Shown here in pieces: positions 42,438 through 51,633 of a stretch of DNA of 64,000 nucleotides. Position 1 is the stretch's first letter. Each line of letters starts with the position of its first letter. The position numbers were made by a program, and so were the translations under genes. The DNA comes from Pseudomonadota bacterium (GTDB lineage: Bacteria; Pseudomonadota; Alphaproteobacteria; GCA-2746255), in NCBI GenBank assembly GCA_040752895.1, contig JBFMHN010000001.1, positions 163,213-227,212 on the forward strand, in the 5' to 3' direction. The notes below the pieces were generated by a model that was given only the letters and a program-made list of their open reading frames with translations, did not search any database and was not told the origin of the DNA.

Positions 42438-44393
42438 TTACGCGACTCCGGCAAGCGCCGAAACGGGCATGGCTTTCTCCCTCGTCTCGCGTAGCGTAAG
42501 GCGTTCGACCGCCGCTTCCAGAATCATGCGCAAAAGATCCGCATAGCGAATCCCGCCGAATTCCGCCATCAGGTTGAGTTTTCCGTCCCAGCACCAGCCG
42601 GGATTCGGGTTTACTTCCAAGAGCTTGATCGTGCCGTGCGCGTCGGCGCGGAAGTCGAAGCGGGCGTAGTCCCGGCAGCCCAAACGCTCGAAAAGTTGCA
42701 TCGAAGCATCGACGATCAACCGCGCCTTTTCCGGTTTGAGTTTTGCCTCTTGGTAGCGAATATCCTTCCAGTAGGGCGAATCGGGAAGCCACTTCGATTC
42801 GTAACCAAGGATACGCGGCAGGTTTGGATCGAGGCGGCTATAATCGACTTCGAGAACGGGAAGTGCCTGCAACTCCTGCCCGCTGTTGCCGATGATGCCG
42901 ACGCTGTATTCCGACCCGGTAAGGAACTCCTGGGCGAGAACCGAACGGCCGGGCAGCGTTTCCTTGAGGCGTATGAGATAGGAGACAAGCTGTTCCGGCG
43001 TATAGACGACGGAGTCCTGCACGATGCCGATGCTGCTATCACCCAAATTCGGCTTCAGGATCGCCGGGAAAACAGAAGGCATCGTCGCCGACTGGTCTTC
43101 CGGCCTCATGTAGGTCTCAAGCGGCACCGGGATGTCGAGCGCGGCGGCTATGCATCGGACGAGCGCCTTGTCGTAACACATGGCGAGGCAGGCCGGTCCG
43201 GCACCGGTGTAAGGGATATCGAGCATCTCGAGGAGCGCTGGTACGTGCAGCTCTTGCAGCGCGTCGTTGTTGAAGCCCTCGTCACAGAGATTGAAGACGA
43301 AGTTCGGCTGGTCCTTCTCGAGGTCCACGTGAAGGGTGGCGTGGTTGTTGATGTAGTTGAACGCATATCCATGAAGCTCGGAAAGAGCGTCTTTCAGGCG
43401 CTGAACCGTGTCCATGTCTTCCGGATTGAACTGGCCGGCCTTCTTTACGGAGTCCGGAAGGCGGTGGTCGCCCATCACGACGGTGACTTTTCGGATGATC
43501 TTGCCGCGAATGGGTTTTGGATCTTTTTGCGGCGCGCTCGCTATCAGGAAAAAGCGCTTGGCCATCATGCCGAGATCTTGGTTTTGGGTGGATTCCGCCT
43601 CAAGCGTGGCGTGGGTACGAACGTTCTGGAAGCCAACGCGTTTCAAGACTTCGAGAATGCGCTCCTGGGAATAGAGGCGTTCGGCATAGAATTGGTCGGC
43701 GATAACGCCGCGTTCGGCGTGGACGACGACTTCGCGGGAGACAAGTCGGTCGCCGTCGGCGGTCAACGACCGTTCGCGGCAAACGAAATGGTTGCCGTCA
43801 ATCCATTCCCAGGATCGGCGTTCGAGGTTCTTGCGCATCCAGTCGCCGTCCGTCAGGTCGAGCGCAATCGTGCCGTGGGACCGCAGGGCCTCCTTCACGG
43901 TCTCCAGCACCCGGATGTCGTCTTCTTCGTTGTCGAAGTAGCCGAAGGAATTTCCCATCAGCATGACGGCGTCGAAATTGCCGTTCTTCGAGCGGAAGGT
44001 CCGGGCGTCGCCTTCGTGGAAGGTGACCTTGAGGCTCGTCTTCATCGCCCGTCGGCGGGCGAGGCGAATGAGGTAGCGCGAACGGTCCACACCGACGACG
44101 TTCTCAAAGCCGCGGCGGGCAAGCTCCAGCGAATGCCGGCCTTGGCCGCAGCAGAAATCCAGGATCCGATCGGTCGGGCGCAGGGCCGTTGCCCGCAGCA
44201 GAATGTCCACCTCGCGGATGGTGTTGGCGTCGTTCTCGACGACGTCGCCGTCCGTTCGCAAATAAAGCGAATCAAAAAGGTCGCGCCACCATTCCTGGGG
44301 AAGGTGGCTGGCTAGGTCGGCCACCGGGCCGAGAAAGGCCCTGGACCGTGGTTTGGGAGAATTGGCTTTCGTGGAGGCAGTCGGTTTCGTCAT
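42438..44393 (-). CDS. Fusion protein: class I SAM-dependent methyltransferase (N-terminal) plus D-Ala-D-Ala-ligase-family ATP-grasp enzyme (C-terminal)
   Basis: MTase motif I ILDFCCGQGRHSLELARRGFENVVGVDRS. The C-terminal Ddl-like N-domain and ATP-grasp carry NFVFNLCDEGFNNDALQELHVPALLEMLDIPYTGAGPACLAMCYDKALV, ILKPNLGDSSIGI and KLLEVNPNPGW. Confidence 0.7.
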   Translation of the reverse strand: MTKPTASTKANSPKPRSRAFLGPVADLASHLPQEWWRDLFDSLYLRTDGDVVENDANTIREVDILLRATALRPTDRILDFCCGQGRHSLELARRGFENVVGVDRSRYLIRLARRRAMKTSLKVTFHEGDARTFRSKNGNFDAVMLMGNSFGYFDNEEDDIRVLETVKEALRSHGTIALDLTDGDWMRKNLERRSWEWIDGNHFVCRERSLTADGDRLVSREVVVHAERGVIADQFYAERLYSQERILEVLKRVGFQNVRTHATLEAESTQNQDLGMMAKRFFLIASAPQKDPKPIRGKIIRKVTVVMGDHRLPDSVKKAGQFNPEDMDTVQRLKDALSELHGYAFNYINNHATLHVDLEKDQPNFVFNLCDEGFNNDALQELHVPALLEMLDIPYTGAGPACLAMCYDKALVRCIAAALDIPVPLETYMRPEDQSATMPSVFPAILKPNLGDSSIGIVQDSVVYTPEQLVSYLIRLKETLPGRSVLAQEFLTGSEYSVGIIGNSGQELQALPVLEVDYSRLDPNLPRILGYESKWLPDSPYWKDIRYQEAKLKPEKARLIVDASMQLFERLGCRDYARFDFRADAHGTIKLLEVNPNPGWCWDGKLNLMAEFGGIRYADLLRMILEAAVERLTLRETREKAMPVSALAGVA

Positions 44394-44399
44394 GGGTCA

Positions 44400-44716
44400 G
44401 GTATAGCCGTGGAAAGTTGGATTGTGGGCCAGCGGGGTGTTCGCCAAGAGTAAGATCATTTAGCCAATCGCGTAAGTACGCCAACCTTCGTCAAAGTCAA
44501 TAGGGAACCTTGCAGCTTCCGTTTCTCCAGGTTGTCCGACACTTTTTTTCCAGCCGCCTCGGCCGGGATAGGGGCGCAATTTGAACCGTAATTCTATCAA
44601 ATAATATTCGCTATTTTAAAATAAAAAATAATAATAAATCATAAATCGTAAGCATAGTTTAAATATTGATTAACATGATTACTGTAGCCTGATTTCGGGT
44701 TTTGGAGGAACAGGCG
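44400..44716. promoter_or_regulatory. AT-rich divergent promoter island
   Basis: 44570-44700 is extremely AT-rich (ataatattcgctattttaaaataaaaaataataataaatcataaatcg...). It is flanked by the methyltransferase-ATP-grasp gene on the minus strand and a small secreted-protein gene on the plus strand. Confidence 0.4.
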
Positions 44717-45031
44717 ATGCAATCCATTATGGATCGGAAAAGTTTCCGCGTTGTCCGAGCTTTCCTGTTGGGGCTGGCATTTGCGGTTGTGATTACACTG
44801 GGGGATGTTCCTTTCGCCTCCGGGAAGCTGGACCCCCTGTGGTCGTTCGGCTTGAACCAAATGGAGGTTGCGCCGGCGCAAATGGGGCCTTCGGCGACGT
44901 CGCCGGAAAAACGCCAGCCGGCTTTTGCCGGGCGACCGCCGGCGTTCGAGGGGGATGCGGAGGTCCAAGCGCGTGCGCGCCGGCTGATGACCCTGCTGGT
45001 AATCGCTTTTTTGCAAGAGGCGGGTCATTAG
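44717..45031 (+). CDS. Small hypothetical secreted or membrane protein
   Basis: Perfect RBS GGAGGAA 6 nt upstream of the ATG at 44717. N-terminal signal-like MQSIMDRKSFRVVRAFLLGLAFAVVITLG. Confidence 0.4.
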   Translation: MQSIMDRKSFRVVRAFLLGLAFAVVITLGDVPFASGKLDPLWSFGLNQMEVAPAQMGPSATSPEKRQPAFAGRPPAFEGDAEVQARARRLMTLLVIAFLQEAGH

Positions 45032-45040
45032 ACCTCCGGC

Positions 45041-45874
45041 CTAGCTCGCCTCGCGCTGGATCCGTTCCGCGAAGTCGCGGAGATAGCAAAGCCCCTGGAT
45101 GGCGCGCGAGCCATACCAGGAAGTCATCTCGCCATCGATCCGGGCAAGCCTGACCCCTTCGCAGGCAAACCGTGCCCGGAAGGCTTCTACGTCCGCGGGT
45201 GTGAAGGCGTAAGGCTCGCTTGGGAAAAGAACAAGGTCGGTCTCCTTCAGGCAAACCCTGCTGATTTCGATGGTGGGGTAGCGTTCCGGTCCTTCGTTGC
45301 CGACCGTTTGCCAGTGGAGAAGGGCCAGGGTTGCCGCGATATAGGTGTCGCGGGCGACCGTCATCCAGGGGTCCTGCCAGATGAGGTAAAGAACCTTTCG
45401 GTTTGGCCAGTCTTCGGCCGCCGCCGCCAGTTCCGCATAGGCTTCGAGGAAGCGGGCGGACAACCTTTCCGCTTCCGCCTCCCGGTCGAAAAGGCTTCCC
45501 ATCAGGCGATAGAGAGGAAGGTTGTCGAGGGGCGCAAGCGGGTGCGTCACGATTACCTCGATGCCGGCTTCTGCGATCGCCTCCGCCATTGCTCTGGGGT
45601 TTTCATCCACGTTGACGATCGCATGGCTCGGCCGCAGCTCCTGCAAACGTTCCATCCGGATTTTCTTCGTACCGCCAAGGCTCGGCACGCGTGCGACCCC
45701 TTCTTTCGGATGGATGCAGTAATGGGTGCGCCCGACGATATGGTTGCCTAAGCCCAGATCAAACAGCAATTCCGTGACGCTTGGCACCAGCGAAACGATG
45801 CGCGCGTTTCCCTTGGCCGGCGCGTGAATGACGCCGCCGGCGTCCCTCCGGGTTTCTTCGGCCGCTATCGCCAT
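45041..45874 (-). CDS. TroA/BtuF-like periplasmic-binding-fold protein (Peripla_BP_2) without a detectable signal peptide
   Basis: ...RIVSLVPSVTELLFDLGLGNHIVGRTHYC...VIVTHP... is the class III SBP fold. ATG at 45874. The N-terminus MAIAAEETRRDAGG is not hydrophobic. Overlaps the GDPD gene by 10 nt. Confidence 0.5.
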   Translation of the reverse strand: MAIAAEETRRDAGGVIHAPAKGNARIVSLVPSVTELLFDLGLGNHIVGRTHYCIHPKEGVARVPSLGGTKKIRMERLQELRPSHAIVNVDENPRAMAEAIAEAGIEVIVTHPLAPLDNLPLYRLMGSLFDREAEAERLSARFLEAYAELAAAAEDWPNRKVLYLIWQDPWMTVARDTYIAATLALLHWQTVGNEGPERYPTIEISRVCLKETDLVLFPSEPYAFTPADVEAFRARFACEGVRLARIDGEMTSWYGSRAIQGLCYLRDFAERIQREAS

Positions 45875-46608
45875 CGCTCCGGCTCCGGGTAGTCCGTGAA
45901 AATGGCGTTGACGCCCCAGCCGCGCAGCACCCTCGCGCGTTCCGGGTCGTTCACGGTGTAGGCGAGTACGGCGTAGCCGCCGGCAAGCAGAAATTCGGTT
46001 TTGGCCTTGGTCAGCAGGTCGGCGTTCGGATGGACGGAAACGCAGCCCGAGGCCCGTTCGGCCAGGACCACCTCGTTCGGCACGTCCCGCACGATGAGGC
46101 CGCGCGGAAAGTCCGGCACGACAAGGGCGGCTTTGCGAAGGATCCGTGGCTGGCTTGCCGAGATCAAGGGCGGTGGTTTCGCGTTTGGCCAGAGATCTTG
46201 GAGAAGGGTGACGACAGCCTCCGCAACGGCTTCTTCTCTCTCCGCTTCGGCCTTGATCTCGACGTTTGCGAACAGGCCTCGCTCGGTGCAAAGGGCGACG
46301 AACGCGGCCAGTGTCGGCACCCGTTCACCGGCGAACTCGGGCGCGAACCAGGCGCCGGCGTCGAGGGCCGCGACCGTTTCGTAGGAGGTTTCGGCGACCT
46401 TGCCGCGGCCGTTCGTCGTTCGATCGAGGGTGGCGTCGTGGAGAAGGACAAGCTCGCCTGTTGCCGTCTGTCGGACGTCCACCTCGACCCAATGTGCGCC
46501 AAGATCGGCGGCGCGGCGAATGGCGGCGAGCGTGTTTTCAGGCGCGCTTCCGCTGGCGCCGCGATGGGCAATCACCGGATTGAGCCAGGGCAGGGGGCCT
46601 TGGGGCAT
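45865..46608 (-). CDS. ugpQ: Glycerophosphodiester phosphodiesterase
   Basis: VIAHRGASGSAPENTLAAIRRAADLGAHWVEVDVRQTATGELVLLHD is the GDPD motif. Confidence 0.8.
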   Translation of the reverse strand: MPQGPLPWLNPVIAHRGASGSAPENTLAAIRRAADLGAHWVEVDVRQTATGELVLLHDATLDRTTNGRGKVAETSYETVAALDAGAWFAPEFAGERVPTLAAFVALCTERGLFANVEIKAEAEREEAVAEAVVTLLQDLWPNAKPPPLISASQPRILRKAALVVPDFPRGLIVRDVPNEVVLAERASGCVSVHPNADLLTKAKTEFLLAGGYAVLAYTVNDPERARVLRGWGVNAIFTDYPEPERWR

Positions 46609-46689
46609 GTGTCTTCTCCGTCAGGCTTTGCATGGCAAGCCTGGACGGCTTTTCGGGAAGACTCAAGACGGCGTTTCAAAAAAACGGTG

Positions 46690-47979
46690 TTACGCCGAGG
46701 CCGCCTCGCGGCCCAGTTCACCGAAGAAAGCCCCCTCCAGGTTGGCGCCGGTGATCGTCGTCTTGACCAGAACGACGTTTCGCAAATCGGCACCGCGCAG
46801 ATCGGCCTGGCTCAGGTTGGCGCCCGTTAAATCCGCTCCCTGTAGGCAGGCGTCGAGGAGGGAAGCGCGGCTCAAATTCGTTGGCCAGATGCGGCCCGTG
46901 GAAGTGCCGTTCGGGTCCCGAAGCTCGACCGGGAAAAGCCGGGCGCGGCGAAGATTGGTGCCGCTCAGATCCGTTTCCGAAAGATTGGCGCCGGCCAGCA
47001 TGCACCCTTCCAGGTTAGCACCCTGCATGGCCGCACCGGAAAAATCGGTCAGCTCGAAAAGGCTGTCGCGCAGATTGGTTTCCGAAAGGTTGGCCCCCTT
47101 GAGGCTGGCGCCGCTTAGGTCCAGGCCGGAGAGGTTGAGCCAGCTCAAGTCATACCCGTCCAGCACGGCCTGCTCGCCTTTCGCCCCACGTGTCGCGATC
47201 CATTTCTTATGGGAGAGAAGAATGGCCTCGACCGTCTTTTGTCGCAGTTCTGGCGCCGAGGGAAGTTTTGCCTTGTGAAGCTTGGCGAGGGACAGCGGAA
47301 CGTCCACAATTTTGGCCGTTTCGAGATTGGCGTTCGTGAAGTTTGTCCCCATCACGTGTGTCTTGACGAGTATGGCGTTGCTCAGGTTGCAATTCGCAAG
47401 GTTGGTGCTTTCGAGGTTCGCGCTGGAAAGGTTTGCCTGGGTCAGGTTGGCGCCTTGAAGATCCGCGTTTTGAAGCCGGACCCCGATCAGGTTGGCGCTT
47501 TGAAGGTCTGCGCCGACGGCCGAGCACCCCTTCATGTCGGCGCGCGTCAGATTGGCGCCTCTTAGAATGGCCTCGTCCAGAACGGAATGACCAAGATTGC
47601 TGCCGACGATCTGCCAGCTGCCTTTCTCGCCCACGACGGCGAGGCGGCCTTCTCTCAAGTCGGCCTTTTCCAGCGTGGCACCACTCAGGTCGGCCTTGTA
47701 AAGATTAACGCCGTGCATGTCGGCGCTTTTAAGATTTGCGTTTTTCAGGACCGAACCGGAAAATTCCGCCGCGTACAGATCCGCTCTTTCGAAATTGGCG
47801 TCGGTCAGGTTGCAGTTTTTCAGATTCGCGCCGTTCAGGCTGGCCCGGCTTAAATTCACGCTCGAAAGGTCAAGGCCGGAAAGGTCGACTTTCGACAACT
47901 CGGCTCGCTTGCCGTCCGTCTTGCCCTGCAGCCATTTCTCGTGTTTCTGGATAAGCCCCAGGATTTCATGCGGAGTCAT
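46690..47979 (-). CDS. Pentapeptide-repeat protein, paralogue 1
   Basis: 429 aa. Two modules, each opening with hhxxHxKWlxxxGxxGxxAxLxGxDLS (MTPHEILGLIQKHEKWLQGKTDGKRAELSKVDLS and LLSHKKWIATRGAKGEQAVLDGYDLS). Each is followed by long A(D/N)LxG pentapeptide runs. Confidence 0.75.
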   Translation of the reverse strand: MTPHEILGLIQKHEKWLQGKTDGKRAELSKVDLSGLDLSSVNLSRASLNGANLKNCNLTDANFERADLYAAEFSGSVLKNANLKSADMHGVNLYKADLSGATLEKADLREGRLAVVGEKGSWQIVGSNLGHSVLDEAILRGANLTRADMKGCSAVGADLQSANLIGVRLQNADLQGANLTQANLSSANLESTNLANCNLSNAILVKTHVMGTNFTNANLETAKIVDVPLSLAKLHKAKLPSAPELRQKTVEAILLSHKKWIATRGAKGEQAVLDGYDLSWLNLSGLDLSGASLKGANLSETNLRDSLFELTDFSGAAMQGANLEGCMLAGANLSETDLSGTNLRRARLFPVELRDPNGTSTGRIWPTNLSRASLLDACLQGADLTGANLSQADLRGADLRNVVLVKTTITGANLEGAFFGELGREAASA

Positions 47980-48081
47980 GTTGGTCCCCCTTCGAGGGCG
48001 AGGCGGAAGGGTTTTTCCTTTGCCGTCCCCTTAAAATACGAATGATCTCCCGGCCGGAGATCGGGAAATTGGCTCTGCCGG

Positions 48082-49380
48082 TCATGGGGCAGTCCCGCCG
48101 ATCGGGATAGCCGCCAGTGTCGTGCATTCAAGGATCGCCCGCGTGAAAATCGTGTTCTTCAGGTCCGCTCCGCGGAAATCGGCCTGGGTCAGATTCGCGG
48201 CCGTGAAATCGGTCTCGGTAAGACGGGCATCGGTCAACGTTGCCCGGGTAAGGTTGGAAGGCCAAAGCCGCCCGGTTCGTTCGCCCAGCGCGCTCCGGAT
48301 CTCGACCGGGACAAGCCGGGCCTTGGCAAGGTTGGCCCCCTTCAGGTCGGCGCCCGTCAGATTGGCGCCGGCGAGAAGCGCGCCTTTCAGGTCCGCGTTC
48401 CGAAGGTTGGCGTAAGAGAGATCGGCCAGTTCGAAGACGCCACGCCGAAGGTCCGCCCCGGTGAAATTGGTTCCCTTGAGGCTGGCGCCGCTTAGCTTGA
48501 CACCGGCAAGGTTTTGATTGCTGAGATCGAGGCCGTCGAGGATGGCCCGTTTGCCGGTTTTGCCATGGCTTTTGATCCACTGCAGATGGCTCTCAAAAAT
48601 CGACTCGAGCGATCCGGCCCGTTTTGCGAGCGAAGGCGGTAATTTTGCCCCGTGCAGGCCCACGGATCCGAGTATCGTATTCCTGAGATCGGCGGTGTCG
48701 AGGACCGCGTTGGAAAAATCCGCACCCGTCGCATCTGTCTGCCGAAGGGACGCACCGGAGAAATTTCCGCCGGAAAAATTTCCGCCCGTCAGCCCGGCGT
48801 TGGTGAGATTTGCGTCGTTCAACTTGGCGCCCCGCCAGTCCGCGTTTTCGATCTGGGCGTTGACCAGGGTGGCGCCCGTGAAGTCGCCGTCTTTGGCCGA
48901 ACTTCTCCGGAGGTCGGCGCCGGTCAGGTTGGCACCCATCAGCTCGGCCTCGTCCAGATTCGAATCCGAAAGGTCGACAGAAATAGCGATGGCCTTCCAA
49001 TCGTCCGATTCGCCCCAGACGGCGACGCGGCCTTCCCGCAGGTTCGCGCCTACCAGCTTGGCCCGCTTCAAGGTGGCCTTGTGCAGGTTGGCGCCTTGCA
49101 GGTCGGCGCCGGTGAAGTCCGCGTGCACGAGGTTCGCAAGCGAGAGGTCCGCCGTTGCCAGGCGGGCATTCGATAGGTTGGCGCCGTTCAGGTTACTGCG
49201 TTGAAGGATGGCGCCGCTCATTTCGGCCTGGCTCAAATTCGTATAGGAAAGATCCGCGCCGATGAGGTTGAGCCTGGCCAGGTTCGCCTGCTGGCCGCCG
49301 CTCTTGCCCTCGAGCCACCGTTCGTGCTTTCGAAGCAACCTTAAAATATCCTTAGGCAACATGGCCGACTCTCTCGACAA
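48082..49380 (-). CDS. Pentapeptide-repeat protein, paralogue 2
   Basis: 432 aa with the same two-module layout (MLPKDILRLLRKHERWLEGKSGGQQANLARLNLIGADLS and FESHLQWIKSHGKTGKRAILDGLDLS). The start is probably 49362. Confidence 0.75.
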   Translation of the reverse strand: MSRESAMLPKDILRLLRKHERWLEGKSGGQQANLARLNLIGADLSYTNLSQAEMSGAILQRSNLNGANLSNARLATADLSLANLVHADFTGADLQGANLHKATLKRAKLVGANLREGRVAVWGESDDWKAIAISVDLSDSNLDEAELMGANLTGADLRRSSAKDGDFTGATLVNAQIENADWRGAKLNDANLTNAGLTGGNFSGGNFSGASLRQTDATGADFSNAVLDTADLRNTILGSVGLHGAKLPPSLAKRAGSLESIFESHLQWIKSHGKTGKRAILDGLDLSNQNLAGVKLSGASLKGTNFTGADLRRGVFELADLSYANLRNADLKGALLAGANLTGADLKGANLAKARLVPVEIRSALGERTGRLWPSNLTRATLTDARLTETDFTAANLTQADFRGADLKNTIFTRAILECTTLAAIPIGGTAP

Positions 49381-49600
49381 GCGCTTTCGTTGCGCGGAGG
49401 TAATCGCTTTTTTCGAAATGCTATAAGATCAAATTGCCTAAGTATTTCAATAAGTTTCGATTCGGATTCGCCTGAAATTTTGTCAAATTTTGTCTAAAAT
49501 TTTTCCGATCCAGCGCAGCCGCGAGATAGCGGCGCTTTATGTGAAAGCCGGTTCGGTCGTTAAGAAAGATTAGCGAGGTAGGGGAAGGGGCGGCTCTCGG

Positions 49601-51007
49601 TCAGGCGGGCCGTTTTGCGGTTTCCGCAACGCTTTCCTCGATGACGCCGTTGAAGGGCAGGACGCCTTTGAACAGGACGCCTTCCAAATTAGCGCCCTCG
49701 ACGATGGCGTCGATCATAATGGCGTTCTGAAGGTCTGCCCAGCGCAGGTCCGCGTTGCTGAAGTTCGCCGACGTCAGGTCGGCGTCGGCCAGGCACGCAT
49801 CCAGAAGGGTCGCCCGGGTAAGATTGGCCGGCCACCAGCGGCCCGTCGTCTTTCCTCTCTGATCGAGAAGTTCCACCGGCACGAGGCGGCTCTTGCAAAG
49901 ATTGGCGCCGGTCAAATCCGCCTCCATGAAGTTCGTTCCGGCCAGATGGCTGCCCTCGAGGTTGGCGCCTTGAAGAATGGCGCCGCCGAGGTCGGCAAGT
50001 TCGAACCGGCACCCGTGGAGGTCCGCCTCGGTCAGGTCGGCCCCCTTCAGGCTGGCGCCGCTGAAATCCGTGCCGGCGAAGGTTTTGTTGCTGAGGTCAT
50101 AGCCGTCCAGATTGGCCCGCTCGCCCTCGCGTCCACGGCTTTCGATCCAGCGCAGATGTTCCTCCAGAACCGTCTTAAGGGGCTTGCTCGCTTTCTGGGG
50201 TTCGGTCGGAAGCTTCGCCTCGGACATGTTTGCCAAGGCCATGGGAACGTCCGTCAGGTTCGTTGTCGTAAGGTTGGCGTTTGTAAAATTGGCCCCCGTC
50301 ACATGTGCCTTGACGAGGTTGGCGCCGTCGAAATTGCAGCCGGAGAGATTGGTGTCTCCGAGATTGGAGCTGGCCATGTTCGCTTTCGTCAAATTTGCGC
50401 CCTGAAGGTTTGCGTTCTGAAGCTTGACGCCGATCAGCTTGGCACCGCTAAGATCGGCGCCGACGGCCGTGCAGCCCTTCATGTTGGCGCGTGTTAGATT
50501 AGCGCCCTTCAGGATCGCGTCGTTCAGGATGGATTGACCAAGATTGCTGCCGACGGTTTTCCAGGTGCCGCGTTGCCGCGCATCGATGAGGCGGCCTTCC
50601 CTTAAATCCGCCTTTTCAAGATCCGCACCCGTCAAATCCGCCTTGTAGAGATTGGCGCCATGCAAATCGGCGCTCTTGAGGTTGGCGTTCTTCAGGATCG
50701 ACAGCGAAAGGTCCGATGCGTAGAGGTCCGCTTTTTCAAGGTTGGCGCCGCTCAGGTTGCAGTTCTTGAGAATGGCGCCGTTCATACGGGCCTTGGCGAG
50801 GTTGGCAAAGGAAAGATCCAGCCCGGAAAGGTCCAGCGCGGAAAGGTTGGCCCGCTCGCCATCCGCTTTGCCGGCTAGCCACCTCTCGTGCTTCCGAAGA
50901 AGCCGAATGATTTCATAAGGTGTCAAAAGAGCACCTGCCGATCCAAGCCTCGCGTGCCGTTTTTCATCCCACAGGGAAAAATGCACCAGCCTAGTTTGAT
51001 ACGCCAT
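49601..51007 (-). CDS. Pentapeptide-repeat protein, paralogue 3
   Basis: Same layout (LTPYEIIRLLRKHERWLAGKADGERANLSALDLS and LEEHLRWIESRGREGERANLDGYDLS). The annotated ATG gives a 27-aa N-terminal extension absent from the paralogues. A TTG at 50926 preceded by AGGTG would give an MTPYEII... start. Confidence 0.7.
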   Translation of the reverse strand: MAYQTRLVHFSLWDEKRHARLGSAGALLTPYEIIRLLRKHERWLAGKADGERANLSALDLSGLDLSFANLAKARMNGAILKNCNLSGANLEKADLYASDLSLSILKNANLKSADLHGANLYKADLTGADLEKADLREGRLIDARQRGTWKTVGSNLGQSILNDAILKGANLTRANMKGCTAVGADLSGAKLIGVKLQNANLQGANLTKANMASSNLGDTNLSGCNFDGANLVKAHVTGANFTNANLTTTNLTDVPMALANMSEAKLPTEPQKASKPLKTVLEEHLRWIESRGREGERANLDGYDLSNKTFAGTDFSGASLKGADLTEADLHGCRFELADLGGAILQGANLEGSHLAGTNFMEADLTGANLCKSRLVPVELLDQRGKTTGRWWPANLTRATLLDACLADADLTSANFSNADLRWADLQNAIMIDAIVEGANLEGVLFKGVLPFNGVIEESVAETAKRPA

Positions 51008-51139
51008 GGCCTGTTAAGGAAGGACTAAGAAAACCAAAGACGCAGAAACGCCGGGAAGGGGACCCCAATTCCCGCCGCCTTTGCTTCACCGCGTCTTTCC
51101 GGTTGAGCGTCGCCCGAAACTTCGCTAGGGTTTCCTTCG

Positions 51140-51325
51140 ACGGTTCCCCCATTTGGGGATGAGAAAGGGAACACGGTGCGACCCGATGGGTTCATGCCGT
51201 GGCTGCCCCCGCAACTGTATGCGGAAGATGCGTCCAAGAAAGCCACTGGGAAACTGGGAAGGCTGGACGCGAACGCTAAATCCGCAAGCCAGGAGACCTG
51301 CCGTCGAATGTCACCACCGTTGGGC
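51140..51325 (+). promoter_or_regulatory. Cobalamin (AdoCbl) riboswitch
   Basis: ...gagaaagggaacacggtgcgacccgatgggttcatgccgtggctgcccccgcaactgta... then gccactgggaaactgggaaggc... and the B12 box aagccaggagacctgccg. Lies upstream of a TonB-dependent receptor. Confidence 0.8.
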
Positions 51326-51633
51326 GGGGTTGTTCCGGCGGCTGCGGGTTTCCGTAGACGGTGACATGGCTTCGTAAGAAGGATGTTGTCGGCTGCGGAG
51401 GGTCCCATTCGATGTTTTTTTCCGACGGCTTAATCTCTCGCGGGCGAGGGCGGTTGCTCTTGCGCGCCATCTCTTCTTCGTCACAGTTCTTCGGGGGCAG
51501 CAAACCTACCGTCCGCTTGTCCGTCACGGCATCGATCGCCGGGCGGGTGGAAAGAAGCGGAAGAACCCGGGCGCCTGATCGGGCCGGGTTCTCCCGTGAA
51601 CGGGAAATCCCATTCACACAGACGGAGTCTGCA

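Noticed and set aside
42636-44315. 559-aa plus-strand ORF opposite the methyltransferase-ATP-grasp gene
   Set aside because: This is a shadow frame. The minus-strand translation carries clear methyltransferase and Ddl motifs, while the plus-strand product is a low-complexity R/G/V-rich sequence.
47209-50497. Multiple plus-strand ORFs of 118-228 aa inside the pentapeptide-repeat genes
   Set aside because: The repetitive GC-rich coding sequence keeps the opposite-strand frames open. The minus-strand products are the coherent pentapeptide proteins.
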